Positions 51,701 through 64,000 of a stretch of DNA of 64,000 bases are shown here, in pieces. Origin of the DNA: the human T2T-CHM13v2.0 reference genome, Homo sapiens; the NCBI RefSeq assembly GCF_009914755.1, contig NC_060939.1; one strand, given 5' to 3'. The position numbers and the translations under genes were made by a program. The number at the start of each line of letters is the position of its first letter. Position 1 is the stretch's first letter. Under the pieces are notes generated by a model, which saw only the letters and a program-made list of their open reading frames with translations, was not told where the DNA came from and ran no database searches.

Positions 51701-54700
51701 CCAGTCCATTCCATTCGTATCCATTCCATTCCAGTCCATTCCATTTGTGTCCACTGCATTCCATTCCACTCCATTCCATATTATTCCATTACACTCCATT
51801 CCATTCTATTACTTTCATTTCCATTCAATTCCATTCCATTTGATTCCATTCCACTCGGTTTCATTCCATTTGAGTCCACTCCATTCCATTCCATTCCATT
51901 CAGTTCCATTCCATTCTGTTCCATTCCATTCCGTTCCATTACATTCCATTCCATTCGGTACCATTCCATATTGTTCCATTCGATTCCATTCGAATCCATT
52001 CCATTCCAGTCCATTCCATTCGATTCCATTCCATTCATTTCAATTCCATTCCATTCCATTCCATTACATTCCACTTGATTCCTCTCCATTCCCTTCCACT
52101 GCATTCTGTTCGATTCCATTCCATTGCATTGCATTCCATTCCATTGGATTGCATTCCATTCGATTCCATTCCATTCGAATCAATTACATAGCAATCCATT
52201 ACATTCGAGTCTATTCTCTTCCGTTCCATTCGATTTCGTTCCAATCCATTCGATTCCATTCCATTCGATTCCATTCCATACTATTGCATTCCATTCGATT
52301 ACATTATATTCGAATAAGTTCCATTCAAGACCATTTCTTTTGAGTCCATTCTATTTGAGTCCATTCCCTTTGATTCCATAACATTTGAGTCCATTCAATT
52401 CCATTCCTTTCGTTTCCATTCCATTTGATGCCATTCCATTCAATTCTGTTCTACTCGACTCCAATACATTCAATTCCATTCCATCCGATTCCATTACATT
52501 CTTTTCATTTCTTATCCATTTCAAGCCATTCCACTCCATTCCATTCCACTCGTTTCCTTTCCATTCGAGTCCATTCCTCTCCAGTCCATTCCGTTCAATC
52601 CATTCCATTCCAGTCCATTCCATTCGAGTCCGTTCCATTCCAGTCCATTCCATTCGAGTCAATTCCATTCCATTCGATGTCTTTCCATAACGATCCATTC
52701 CATTCTATTCCTTTCGATTCCATTCCATTCTATTTCATTCCATTCGATTCCCTTCCATTGGACTCCTTTCCATTCGAGTGCATTCCATTCCGTTCCATTT
52801 CTTTCCGTTCTGTACGATTCCTACCGTTCGATTTCATTTTGTTCCAGTCCATTCTTTCGCGTCCATTCCATTCCATTTCACTCCATTCGATTCCATTCCA
52901 CTCGATTCCACTTCGTTCCATTTCATTGCATTCCATTCTATTCAACTCTATTGCCTTCCATTCCATTCCATTCGATTACATTCCATGCGATTCCATTCGA
53001 AATCGAATCAATTACATTGCAATCCATTACTATTGAGTCCGTTTTATTCCAGTCCACTGCATTCTGGTCCATTCCATTTGATTCCATTCCATTCTATTCC
53101 ATTCCATACAGTTGCATTCCATTGGATTCCATGCTATATCTATAAATTCAATTCGAGACCATTGCTTTGGAGTCCATTCTATATGATTCCATTCCATTCA
53201 AGTCCATTACATTTGGTTAAATTCCATTCCATTCGGTTCAATTCCATTCCATTCCATTCCCTTCCATTCCATTCCAGTTGATATCAATCCATTCGATTCC
53301 ATTCCATTCGAGCACATTCCATTCGAGTCCATTCCATTCGATGCCATTCCATTTGATTCTATTCCATTAGTCTCCATTCAATTCCATTAATCTCCATTCC
53401 ATTCCATTCTACTCCAACTGATTCCATTCCATTCTATTCCTTTTTATTCCATTTCATTCCATTCCATTCCATTCCATTCCATTCCATTCGTGTCCATTCC
53501 ACTCCAGTCCATTCCATTCGTATCCATTCCATTCCAGTCCATTCCATTTGTGTCCACTGCATTCCATTCCACTCCATTCCATATTATTCCATTACACTCC
53601 ATTCCATTCTATTACTTTCATTTCCATTCAATTCCATTCCATTTGATTCCATTCCACTCGGTTTCATTCCATTTGAGTCCACTCCATTCCATTCCATTCC
53701 ATTCAGTTCCATTCCATTCTGTTCCATTCCATTCCGTTCCATTACATTCCATTCCATTCGGTACCATTCCATATTGTTCCATTCGATTCCATTCGAATCC
53801 ATTCCATTCCAGTCCATTCCATTCGATTCCATTCCATTCATTTCAATTCCATTCCATTCCATTCCATTCCATTCCACTTGATTCCTCTCCATTCCCTTCC
53901 ACTGCATTCCGTTCGATTCCATTCCATTGCATTGCATTCCATTCCATTGGATTGCATTCCATTCGATTCCATTCCATTCGAATCAATTACATAGCAATCC
54001 ATTACATTCGAGTCTATTCTCTTCCGTTCCATTCGATTTCGTTCCAATCCATTCGATTCCATTCCATTCGATTCCATTCCATACTATTGCATTCCATTCG
54101 ATTACATTATATTCGAATAAGTTCCATTCAAGACCATTTCTTTTGAGTCCATTCTATTTGAGTCCATTCCCTTTGATTCCATAACATTTGAGTCCATTCA
54201 ATTCCATTCCTTTCGTTTCCATTCCATTTGATGCCATTCCATTCAATTCTGTTCTACTCGACTCCAATACATTCAATTCCATTCCATCCGATTCCATTAC
54301 ATTCTTTTCATTTCTTATCCATTTCAAGCCATTCCACTCCATTCCATTCCACTCGTTTCCTTTCCATTCGAGTCCATTCCTCTCCAGTCCATTCCGTTCA
54401 ATCCATTCCATTCCAGTCCATTCCATTCGAGTCCGTTCCATTCCAGTCCATTCCATTCGAGTCAATTCCATTCCATTCGATGTCTTTCCATAACGATCCA
54501 TTCCATTCTATTCCTTTCGATTCCATTCCATTCTATTTCATTCCATTCGATTCCCTTCCATTGGACTCCTTTCCATTCGAGTGCATTCCATTCCGTTCCA
54601 TTTCTTTCCGTTCTGTACGATTCCTACCGTTCGATTTCATTTTGTTCCAGTCCATTCTTTCGCGTCCATTCCATTCCATTTCACTCCATTCGATTCCATT

Positions 54701-57700
54701 CCACTCGATTCCACTTCGTTCCATTTCATTGCATTCCATTCTATTCAACTCTATTGCCTTCCATTCCATTCCATTCGATTACATTCCATGCGATTCCATT
54801 CGAAATCGAATCAATTACATTGCAATCCATTACTATTGAGTCCGTTTTATTCCAGTCCACTGCATTCTGGTCCATTCCATTTGATTCCATTCCATTCTAT
54901 TCCATTCCATACAGTTGCATTCCATTGGATTCCATGCTATATCTATAAATTCAATTCGAGACCATTGCTTTGGAGTCCATTCTATATGATTCCATTCCAT
55001 TCAAGTCCATTACATTTGGTTAAATTCCATTCCATTCGGTTCAATTCCATTCCATTCCATTCCCTTCCATTCCATTCCAGTTGATATCAATCCATTCGAT
55101 TCCATTCCATTCGAGCACATTCCATTCGAGTCCATTCCATTCGATGCCATTCCATTTGATTCTATTCCATTAGTCTCCATTCAATTCCATTAATCTCCAT
55201 TCCATTCCATTCTACTCCAAATGATTCCATTCCATTCTATTCCTTTTTATTCCATTTCATTCCATTCCATTCCATTCCATTCCATTCCATTCGTGTCCAT
55301 TCCACTCCAGTCCATTCCATTCGTATCCATTCCATTCCAGTCCATTCCATTTGTGTCCACTGCATTCCATTCCACTCCATTCCATATTATTCCATTACAC
55401 TCCATTCCATTCTATTACTTTCATTTCCATTCAATTCCATTCCATTTGATTCCATTCCACTCGGTTTCATTCCATTTGAGTCCACTCCATTCCATTCCAT
55501 TCCATTCAGTTCCATTCCATTCTGTTCCATTCCATTCCGTTCCATTACATTCCATTCCATTCGGTACCATTCCATATTGTTCCATTCGATTCCATTCGAA
55601 TCCATTCCATTCCAGTCCATTCCATTCGATTCCATTCCATTCATTTCAATTCCATTCCATTCCATTCCATTCCATTCCACTTGATTCCTCTCCATTCCCT
55701 TCCACTGCATTCCGTTCGATTCCATTCCATTGCATTGCATTCCATTCCATTGGATTGCATTCCATTCGATTCCATTCCATTCGAATCAATTACATAGCAA
55801 TCCATTACATTCGAGTCTATTCTATTCCGTTCCATTCGATTTCGTTCCAATCCATTCGATTCCATTCCATTCGATTCCATTCCATACTATTGCATTCCAT
55901 TCGATTACATTATATTCGAATAAGTTCCATTCAAGACCATTTCTTTTGAGTCCATTCTATTTGAGTCCATTCCCTTTGATTCCATAACATTTGAGTCCAT
56001 TCAATTCCATTCCTTTCGTTTCCATTCCATTTGATGCCATTCCATTCAATTCTGTTCTACTCGACTCCAATACATTCAATTCCATTCCATCCGATTCCAT
56101 TACATTCTTTTCATTTCTTATCCATTTCAAGCCATTCCACTCCATTCCATTCCACTCGTTTCCTTTCCATTCGAGTCCATTCCTCTCCAGTCCATTCCGT
56201 TCAATCCATTCCATTCCAGTCCATTCCATTCGAGTCCGTTCCATTCCAGTCCATTCCATTCGAGTCAATTCCATTCCATTCGATGTCTTTCCATAACGAT
56301 CCATTCCATTCTATTCCTTTCGATTCCATTCCATTCTATTTCATTCCATTCGATTCCCTTCCATTGGACTCCTTTCCATTCGAGTGCATTCCATTCCGTT
56401 CCATTTCTTTCCGTTCTGTACGATTCCTACCGTTCGATTTCATTTTGTTCCAGTCCATTCTTTCGCGTCCATTCCATTCCATTTCACTCCATTCGATTCC
56501 ATTCCACTCGATTCCACTTCGTTCCATTTCATTGCATTCCATTCTATTCAACTCTATTGCCTTCCATTCCATTCCATTCGATTACATTCCATGCGATTCC
56601 ATTCGAAATCGAATCAATTACATTGCAATCCATTACTATTGAGTCCGTTTTATTCCAGTCCACTGCATTCTGGTCCATTCCATTTGATTCCATTCCATTC
56701 TATTCCATTCCATACAGTTGCATTCCATTGGATTCCATGCTATATCTATAAATTCAATTCGAGACCATTGCTTTTGAGTCCATTCTATATGATTCCATTC
56801 CATTCAAGTCCATTACATTTGGTTAAATTCCATTCCATTCGGTTCAATTCCATTCCATTCCATTCCCTTCCATTCCATTCCAGTTGATATCAATCCATTC
56901 GATTCCATTCCATTCGAGCACATTCCATTCGAGTCCATTCCATTCGATGCCATTCCATTTGATTCTATTCCATTAGTCTCCATTCAATTCCATTAATCTC
57001 CATTCCATTCCATTCTACTCCAAATGATTCCATTCCATTCTATTCCTTTTTATTCCATTTCATTCCATTCCATTCCATTCCATTCCATTCCATTCCATTC
57101 GTGTCCATTCCACTCCAGTCCATTCCATTCGTATCCATTCCATTCCAGTCCATTCCATTTGTGTCCACTGCATTCCATTCCACTCCATTCCATATTATTC
57201 CATTACACTCCATTCCATTCTATTACTTTCATTTCCATTCAATTCCATTCCATTTGATTCCATTCCACTCGGTTTCATTCCATTTGAGTCCACTCCATTC
57301 CATTCCATTCCATTCAGTTCCATTCCATTCTGTTCCATTCCATTCCGTTCCATTACATTCCATTCCATTCGGTACCATTCCATATTGTTCCATTCGATTC
57401 CATTCGAATCCATTCCATTCCAGTCCATTCCATTCGATTCCATTCCATTCATTTCAATTCCATTCCATTCCATTCCATTACATTCCACTTGATTCCTCTC
57501 CATTCCCTTCCACTGCATTCCGTTCGATTCCATTCCATTGCATTGCATTCCATTCCATTGGATTGCATTCCATTCGATTCCATTCCATTCGAATCAATTA
57601 CATAGCAATCCATTACATTCGAGTCTATTCTCTTCCGTTCCATTCGATTTCGTTCCAATCCATTCGATTCCATTCCATTCGATTCCATTCCATACTATTG

Positions 57701-60700
57701 CATTCCATTCGATTACATTATATTCGAATAAGTTCCATTCAAGACCATTTCTTTTGAGTCCATTCTATTTGAGTCCATTCCCTTTGATTCCATAACATTT
57801 GAGTCCATTCAATTCCATTCCTTTCGTTTCCATTCCATTTGATGCCATTCCATTCAATTCTGTTCTACTCGACTCCAATACATTCAATTCCATTCCATCC
57901 GATTCCATTACATTCTTTTCATTTCTTATCCATTTCAAGCCATTCCACTCCATTCCATTCCACTCGTTTCTTTTCCATTCGAGTCCATTCCTCTCCAGTC
58001 CATTCCGTTCAATCCATTCCATTCCAGTCCATTCCATTCGAGTCCGTTCCATTCCAGTCCATTCCATTCGAGTCAATTCCATTCCATTCGATGTCTTTCC
58101 ATAACGATCCATTCCATTCTATTCCTTTCGATTCCATTCTATTCTATTTCATTCCATTCGATTCCCTTCCATTGGACTCCTTTCCATTCGAGTGCATTCC
58201 ATTCCGTTCCATTTCTTTCCGTTCTGTACGATTCCTACCGTTCAATTTCATTTTGTTCCAGTCCATTCTTTCGCGTCCATTCCATTCCATTTCACTCCAT
58301 TCGATTCCATTCCACTCGATTCCACTTCGTTCCATTTCATTGCATTCCATTCTATTCAACTCTATTGCCTTCCATTCCATTCCATTCGATTACATTCCAT
58401 GCGATTCCATTCGAAATCGAATCAATTACATTGCAATCCATTACTATTGAGTCCGTTTTATTCCAGTCCACTGCATTCTGGTCCATTCCATTTGATTCCA
58501 TTCCATTCTATTCCATTCCATACAGTTGCATTCCATTGGATTCCATGCTATATCTATAAATTCAATTCGAGACCATTGCTTTTGAGTCCATTCTATATGA
58601 TTCCATTCCATTCAAGTCCATTACATTTGGTTAAATTCCATTCCATTCGGTTCAATTCCATTCCATTCCATTCCCTTCCATTCCATTCCAGTTGATATCA
58701 ATCCATTCGATTCCATTCCATTCGAGCACATTCCATTCGAGTCCATTCCATTCGATGCCATTCCATTTGATTCTATTCCATTAGTCTCCATTCAATTCCA
58801 TTAATCTCCATTCCATTCCATTCTACTCCAACTGATTCCATTCCATTCTATTCCTTTTTATTCCATTTCATTCCATTCCATTCCATTCCATTCCATTCCA
58901 TTCGTGTCCATTCCACTCCAGTCCATTCCATTCGTATCCATTCCATTCCAGTCCATTCCATTTGTGTCCACTGCATTCCATTCCACTCCATTCCATATTA
59001 TTCCATTACACTCCATTCCATTCTATTACTTTCATTTCCATTCAATTCCATTCCATTTGATTCCATTCCACTCGGTTTCATTCCATTTGAGTCCACTCCA
59101 TTCCATTCCATTCCATTCAGTTCCATTCCATTCTGTTCCATTCCATTCCGTTCCATTACATTCCATTCCATTCGGTACCATTCCATATTGTTCCATTCGA
59201 TTCCATTCGAATCCATTCCATTCCAGTCCATTCCATTCGATTCCATTCCATTCATTTCAATTCCATTCCATTCCATTCCATTACATTCCACTTGATTCCT
59301 CTCCATTCCCTTCCACTGCATTCTGTTCGATTCCATTCCATTGCATTGCATTCCATTCCATTGGATTGCATTCCATTCGATTCCATTCCATTCGAATCAA
59401 TTACATAGCAATCCATTACATTCGAGTCTATTCTCTTCCGTTCCATTCGATTTCGTTCCAATCCATTCGATTCCATTCCATTCGATTCCATTCCATACTA
59501 TTGCATTCCATTCGATTACATTATATTCGAATAAGTTCCATTCAAGACCATTTCTTTTGAGTCCATTCTATTTGAGTCCATTCCCTTTGATTCCATAACA
59601 TTTGAGTCCATTCAATTCCATTCCTTTCGTTTCCATTCCATTTGATGCCATTCCATTCAATTCTGTTCTACTCGACTCCAATACATTCAATTCCATTCCA
59701 TCCGATTCCATTACATTCTTTTCATTTCTTATCCATTTCAAGCCATTCCACTCCATTCCATTCCACTCGTTTCCTTTCCATTCGAGTCCATTCCTCTCCA
59801 GTCCATTCCGTTCAATCCATTCCATTCCAGTCCATTCCATTCGAGTCCGTTCCATTCCAGTCCATTCCATTCGAGTCAATTCCATTCCATTCGATGTCTT
59901 TCCATAACGATCCATTCCATTCTATTCCTTTCGATTCCATTCCATTCTATTTCATTCCATTCGATTCCCTTCCATTGGACTCCTTTCCATTCGAGTGCAT
60001 TCCATTCCGTTCCATTTCTTTCCGTTCTGTACGATTCCTACCGTTCGATTTCATTTTGTTCCAGTCCATTCTTTCGCGTCCATTCCATTCCATTTCACTC
60101 CATTCGATTCCATTCCACTCGATTCCACTTCGTTCCATTTCATTGCATTCCATTCTATTCAACTCTATTGCCTTCCATTCCATTCCATTCCATTACATTC
60201 CATGCGATTCCATTCGAAATCGAATCAATTACATTGCAATCCATTACTATTGAGTCCGTTTTATTCCAGTCCACTGCATTCTGGTCCATTCCATTTGATT
60301 CCATTCCATTCTATTCCATTCCATACAGTTGCATTCCATTGGATTCCATGCTATATCTATAAATTCAATTCGAGACCATTGCTTTTGAGTCCATTCTATA
60401 TGATTCCATTCCATTCAAGTCCATTACATTTGGTTAAATTCCATTCCATTCGGTTCAATTCCATTCCATTCCATTCCCTTCCATTCCATTCCAGTTGATA
60501 TCAATCCATTCGATTCCATTCCATTCGAGCACATTCCATTCGAGTCCATTCCATTCGATGCCATTCCATTTGATTCTATTCCATTAGTCTCCATTCAATT
60601 CCATTAATCTCCATTCCATTCCATTCTACTCCAACTGATTCCATTCCATTCTATTCCTTTTTATTCCATTTCATTCCATTCCATTCCATTCCATTCCATT

Positions 60701-63700
60701 CCATTCGTGTCCATTCCACTCCAGTCCATTCCATTCGTATCCATTCCATTCCAGTCCATTCCATTTGTGTCCACTGCATTCCATTCCACTCCATTCCATA
60801 TTATTCCATTACACTCCATTCCATTCTATTACTTTCATTTCCATTCAATTCCATTCCATTTGATTCCATTCCACTCGGTTTCATTCCATTTGAGTCCACT
60901 CCATTCCATTCCATTCCATTCAGTTCCATTCCATTCTGTTCCATTCCATTCCGTTCCATTACATTCCATTCCATTCGGTACCATTCCATATTGTTCCATT
61001 CGATTCCATTCGAATCCATTCCATTCCAGTCCATTCCATTCGATTCCATTCCATTCATTTCAATTCCATTCCATTCCATTCCATTCCACTTGATTCCTCT
61101 CCATTCCCTTCCACTGCATTCCGTTCGATTCCATTCCATTGCATTGCATTCCATTCCATTGGATTGCATTCCATTCGATTCCATTCCATTCGAATCAATT
61201 ACATAGCAATCCATTACATTCGAGTCTATTCTCTTCCGTTCCATTCGATTTCGTTCCAATCCATTCGATTCCATTCCATTCGATTCCATTCCATACTATT
61301 GCATTCCATTCGATTACATTATATTCGAATAAGTTCCATTCAAGACCATTTCTTTTGAGTCCATTCTATTTGAGTCCATTCCCTTTGATTCCATAACATT
61401 TGAGTCCATTCAATTCCATTCCTTTCGTTTCCATTCCATTTGATGCCATTCCATTCAATTCTGTTCTACTCGACTCCAATACATTCAATTCCATTCCATC
61501 CGATTCCATTACATTCTTTTCATTTCTTATCCATTTCAAGCCATTCCACTCCATTCCATTCCACTCGTTTCCTTTCCATTCGAGTCCATTCCTCTCCAGT
61601 CCATTCCGTTCAATCCATTCCATTCCAGTCCATTCCATTCGAGTCCGTTCCATTCCAGTCCATTCCATTCGAGTCAATTCCATTCCATTCGATGTCTTTC
61701 CATAACGATCCATTCCATTCTATTCCTTTCGATTCCATTCCATTCTATTTCATTCCATTCGATTCCCTTCCATTGGACTCCTTTCCATTCGAGTGCATTC
61801 CATTCCGTTCCATTTCTTTCCGTTCTGTACGATTCCTACCGTTCGGTTTCATTTTGTTCCAGTCCATTCTTTCGCGTCCATTCCATTCCATTTCACTCCA
61901 TTCGATTCCATTCCACTCGATTCCACTTCGTTCCATTTCATTGCATTCCATTCTATTCAACTCTATTGCCTTCCATTCCATTCCATTCGATTACATTCCA
62001 TGCGATTCCATTCGAAATCGAATCAATTACATTGCAATCCATTACTATTGAGTCCGTTTTATTCCAGTCCACTGCATTCTGGTCCATTCCATTTGATTCC
62101 ATTCCATTCTATTCCATTCCATACAGTTGCATTCCATTGGATTCCATGCTATATCTATAAATTCAATTCGAGACCATTGCTTTTGAGTCCATTCTATATG
62201 ATTCCATTCCATTCAAGTCCATTACATTTGGTTAAATTCCATTCCATTCGGTTCAATTCCATTCCATTCCATTCCCTTCCATTCCATTCCAGTTGATATC
62301 AATCCATTCGATTCCATTCCATTCGAGCACATTCCATTCGAGTCCATTCCATTCGATGCCATTCCATTTGATTCTATTCCATTAGTCTCCATTCAATTCC
62401 ATTAATCTCCATTCCATTCCATTCTACTCCAACTGATTCCATTCCATTCTATTCATTTCCATTCCATTTCATTCCATTCCATTCCATTCCATTCCATTCC
62501 ATTCCATTCGTGTCCATTCCACTCCAGTCCATTCCATTCGTATCCATTCCATTCCAGTCCATTCCATTTGTGTCCACTGCATTCCATTCCACTCCATTCC
62601 ATATTATTCCATTACACTCCATTCCATTCTATTACTTTCATTTCCATTCAATTCCATTCCATTTGATTCCATTCCACTCGGTTTCATTCCATTTGAGTCC
62701 ACTCCATTCCATTCCATTCCATTCAGTTCCATTCCATTCTGTTCCATTCCATTCCGTTCCATTACATTCCATTCCATTCGGTACCATTCCATATTGTTCC
62801 ATTCGATTCCATTCGAATCCATTCCATTCCAGTCCATTCCATTCGATTCCATTCCATTCATTTCAATTCCATTCCATTCCATTCCATTCCATTCCACTTG
62901 ATTCCTCTCCATTCCCTTCCACTGCATTCCGTTCGATTCCATTCCATTGCATTGCATTCCATTCCATTGGATTGCATTCCATTCGATTCCATTCCATTCG
63001 AATCAATTACATAGCAATCCATTACATTCGAGTCTATTCTATTCCGTTCCATTCGATTTCGTTCCAATCCATTCGATTCCATTCCATTCGATTCCATTCC
63101 ATACTATTGCATTCCATTCGATTACATTATATTCGAATAAGTTCCATTCAAGACCATTTCTTTTGAGTCCATTCTATTTGAGTCCATTCCCTTTGATTCC
63201 ATAACATTTGAGTCCATTCAATTCCATTCCTTTCGTTTCCATTCCATTTGATGCCATTCCATTCAATTCTGTTCTACTCGACTCCAATACATTCAATTCC
63301 ATTCCATCCGATTCCATTACATTCTTTTCATTTCTTATCCATTTCAAGCCATTCCACTCCATTCCATTCCACTCGTTTCCTTTCCATTCGAGTCCATTCC
63401 TCTCCAGTCCATTCCGTTCAATCCATTCCATTCCAGTCCATTCCATTCGAGTCCGTTCCATTCCAGTCCATTCCATTCGAGTCAATTCCATTCCATTCGA
63501 TGTCTTTCCATAACGATCCATTCCATTCTATTCCTTTCGATTCCATTCCATTCTATTTCATTCCATTCGATTCCCTTCCATTGGACTCCTTTCCATTCGA
63601 GTGCATTCCATTCCGTTCCATTTCTTTCCGTTCTGTACGATTCCTACCGTTCGATTTCATTTTGTTCCAGTCCATTCTTTCGCGTCCATTCCATTCCATT

Positions 63701-64000
63701 TCACTCCATTCGATTCCATTCCACTCGATTCCACTTCGTTCCATTTCATTGCATTCCATTCTATTCAACTCTATTGCCTTCCATTCCATTCCATTCGATT
63801 ACATTCCATGCGATTCCATTCGAAATCGAATCAATTACATTGCAATCCATTACTATTGAGTCCGTTTTATTCCAGTCCACTGCATTCTGGTCCATTCCAT
63901 TTGATTCCATTCCATTCTATTCCATTCCATACAGTTGCATTCCATTGGATTCCATGCTATATCTATAAATTCAATTCGAGACCATTGCTTTGGAGTCCAT

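Larger units (their letters stand above)
1..64000 (+). repeat. Satellite III (HSat3)-type (CATTC)n pentamer satellite array, C-rich strand on +; probably the chr15p D15Z1 1.8-kb KpnI family
   Basis: Seen: diverged ATTCC pentamers (ATTCG, AGTCC, ATTTG, ATTAC etc.) from base 1 to 64000 with no unique-sequence interruption or strand switch. Known: simple CATTC arrays lacking the CATTCGATGATGAT-type motif are HSat3 rather than HSat2. Inference: 1.8-kb period plus one KpnI site per unit points to D15Z1 (about 0.75 confidence for the locus). Confidence 0.97.

Noticed and set aside
169-63968. Hundreds of ORFs of 60-308 aa (HSIPF- and MEWNG-rich)
   Set aside because: They are direct translations of (CATTC)n and (GAATG)n, which lack stop codons; they overlap in several frames on both strands, recur with every unit, and many start at non-ATG codons.
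1-64000. CRISPR-like or other prokaryotic repeat-spacer system
   Set aside because: No unique spacers, no leader and no associated genes; the intervening sequence is itself repeated.
1-64000. Assignment to HSat2, Yq DYZ1 (3.6 kb) or alpha satellite; embedded Alu/L1 or inversion
   Set aside because: No HSat2 GATGAT motifs, no strict alternation giving a 3.6-kb period or regular EcoRI sites, no 171-bp monomer, and unit spacings leave no room for an insertion or strand switch.

Overview
The whole 64 kb window is one uninterrupted, single-orientation array of (CATTC/GAATG)n classical satellite, of the human satellite III (HSat3) type, with the C-rich strand on +. It is built from about 35.5 head-to-tail copies of a ~1.8-kb unit (modal length 1803 bp, range 1754-1818). 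Nearly every copy has one KpnI site (GGTACC), which fits the chromosome 15 short-arm D15Z1 1.8-kb KpnI satellite; that locus assignment is an inference, not a search result. I see no credible genes, RNA genes, transposons, inversions or CRISPR arrays, and all ORFs in the track are translations of the pentamer. I found no new protein-coding system. The informative structure is hierarchical: (1) the 1.8-kb unit is itself an old ~975+828 bp dimer; (2) there are two unit haplotypes, major A and minor B, separated by linked 1-bp and 20-bp indels; (3) multi-unit super-periods of 4, 5, 7 and 10 units are visible, including a 9020-bp period in the right third; (4) a chimeric unit at ~38-39 kb carries a tract matching a unit 19.8 kb upstream. 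Units are numbered from the recurring 'MSPFNS' ORF start: U1=203, U2=2006 ... U36=63208.
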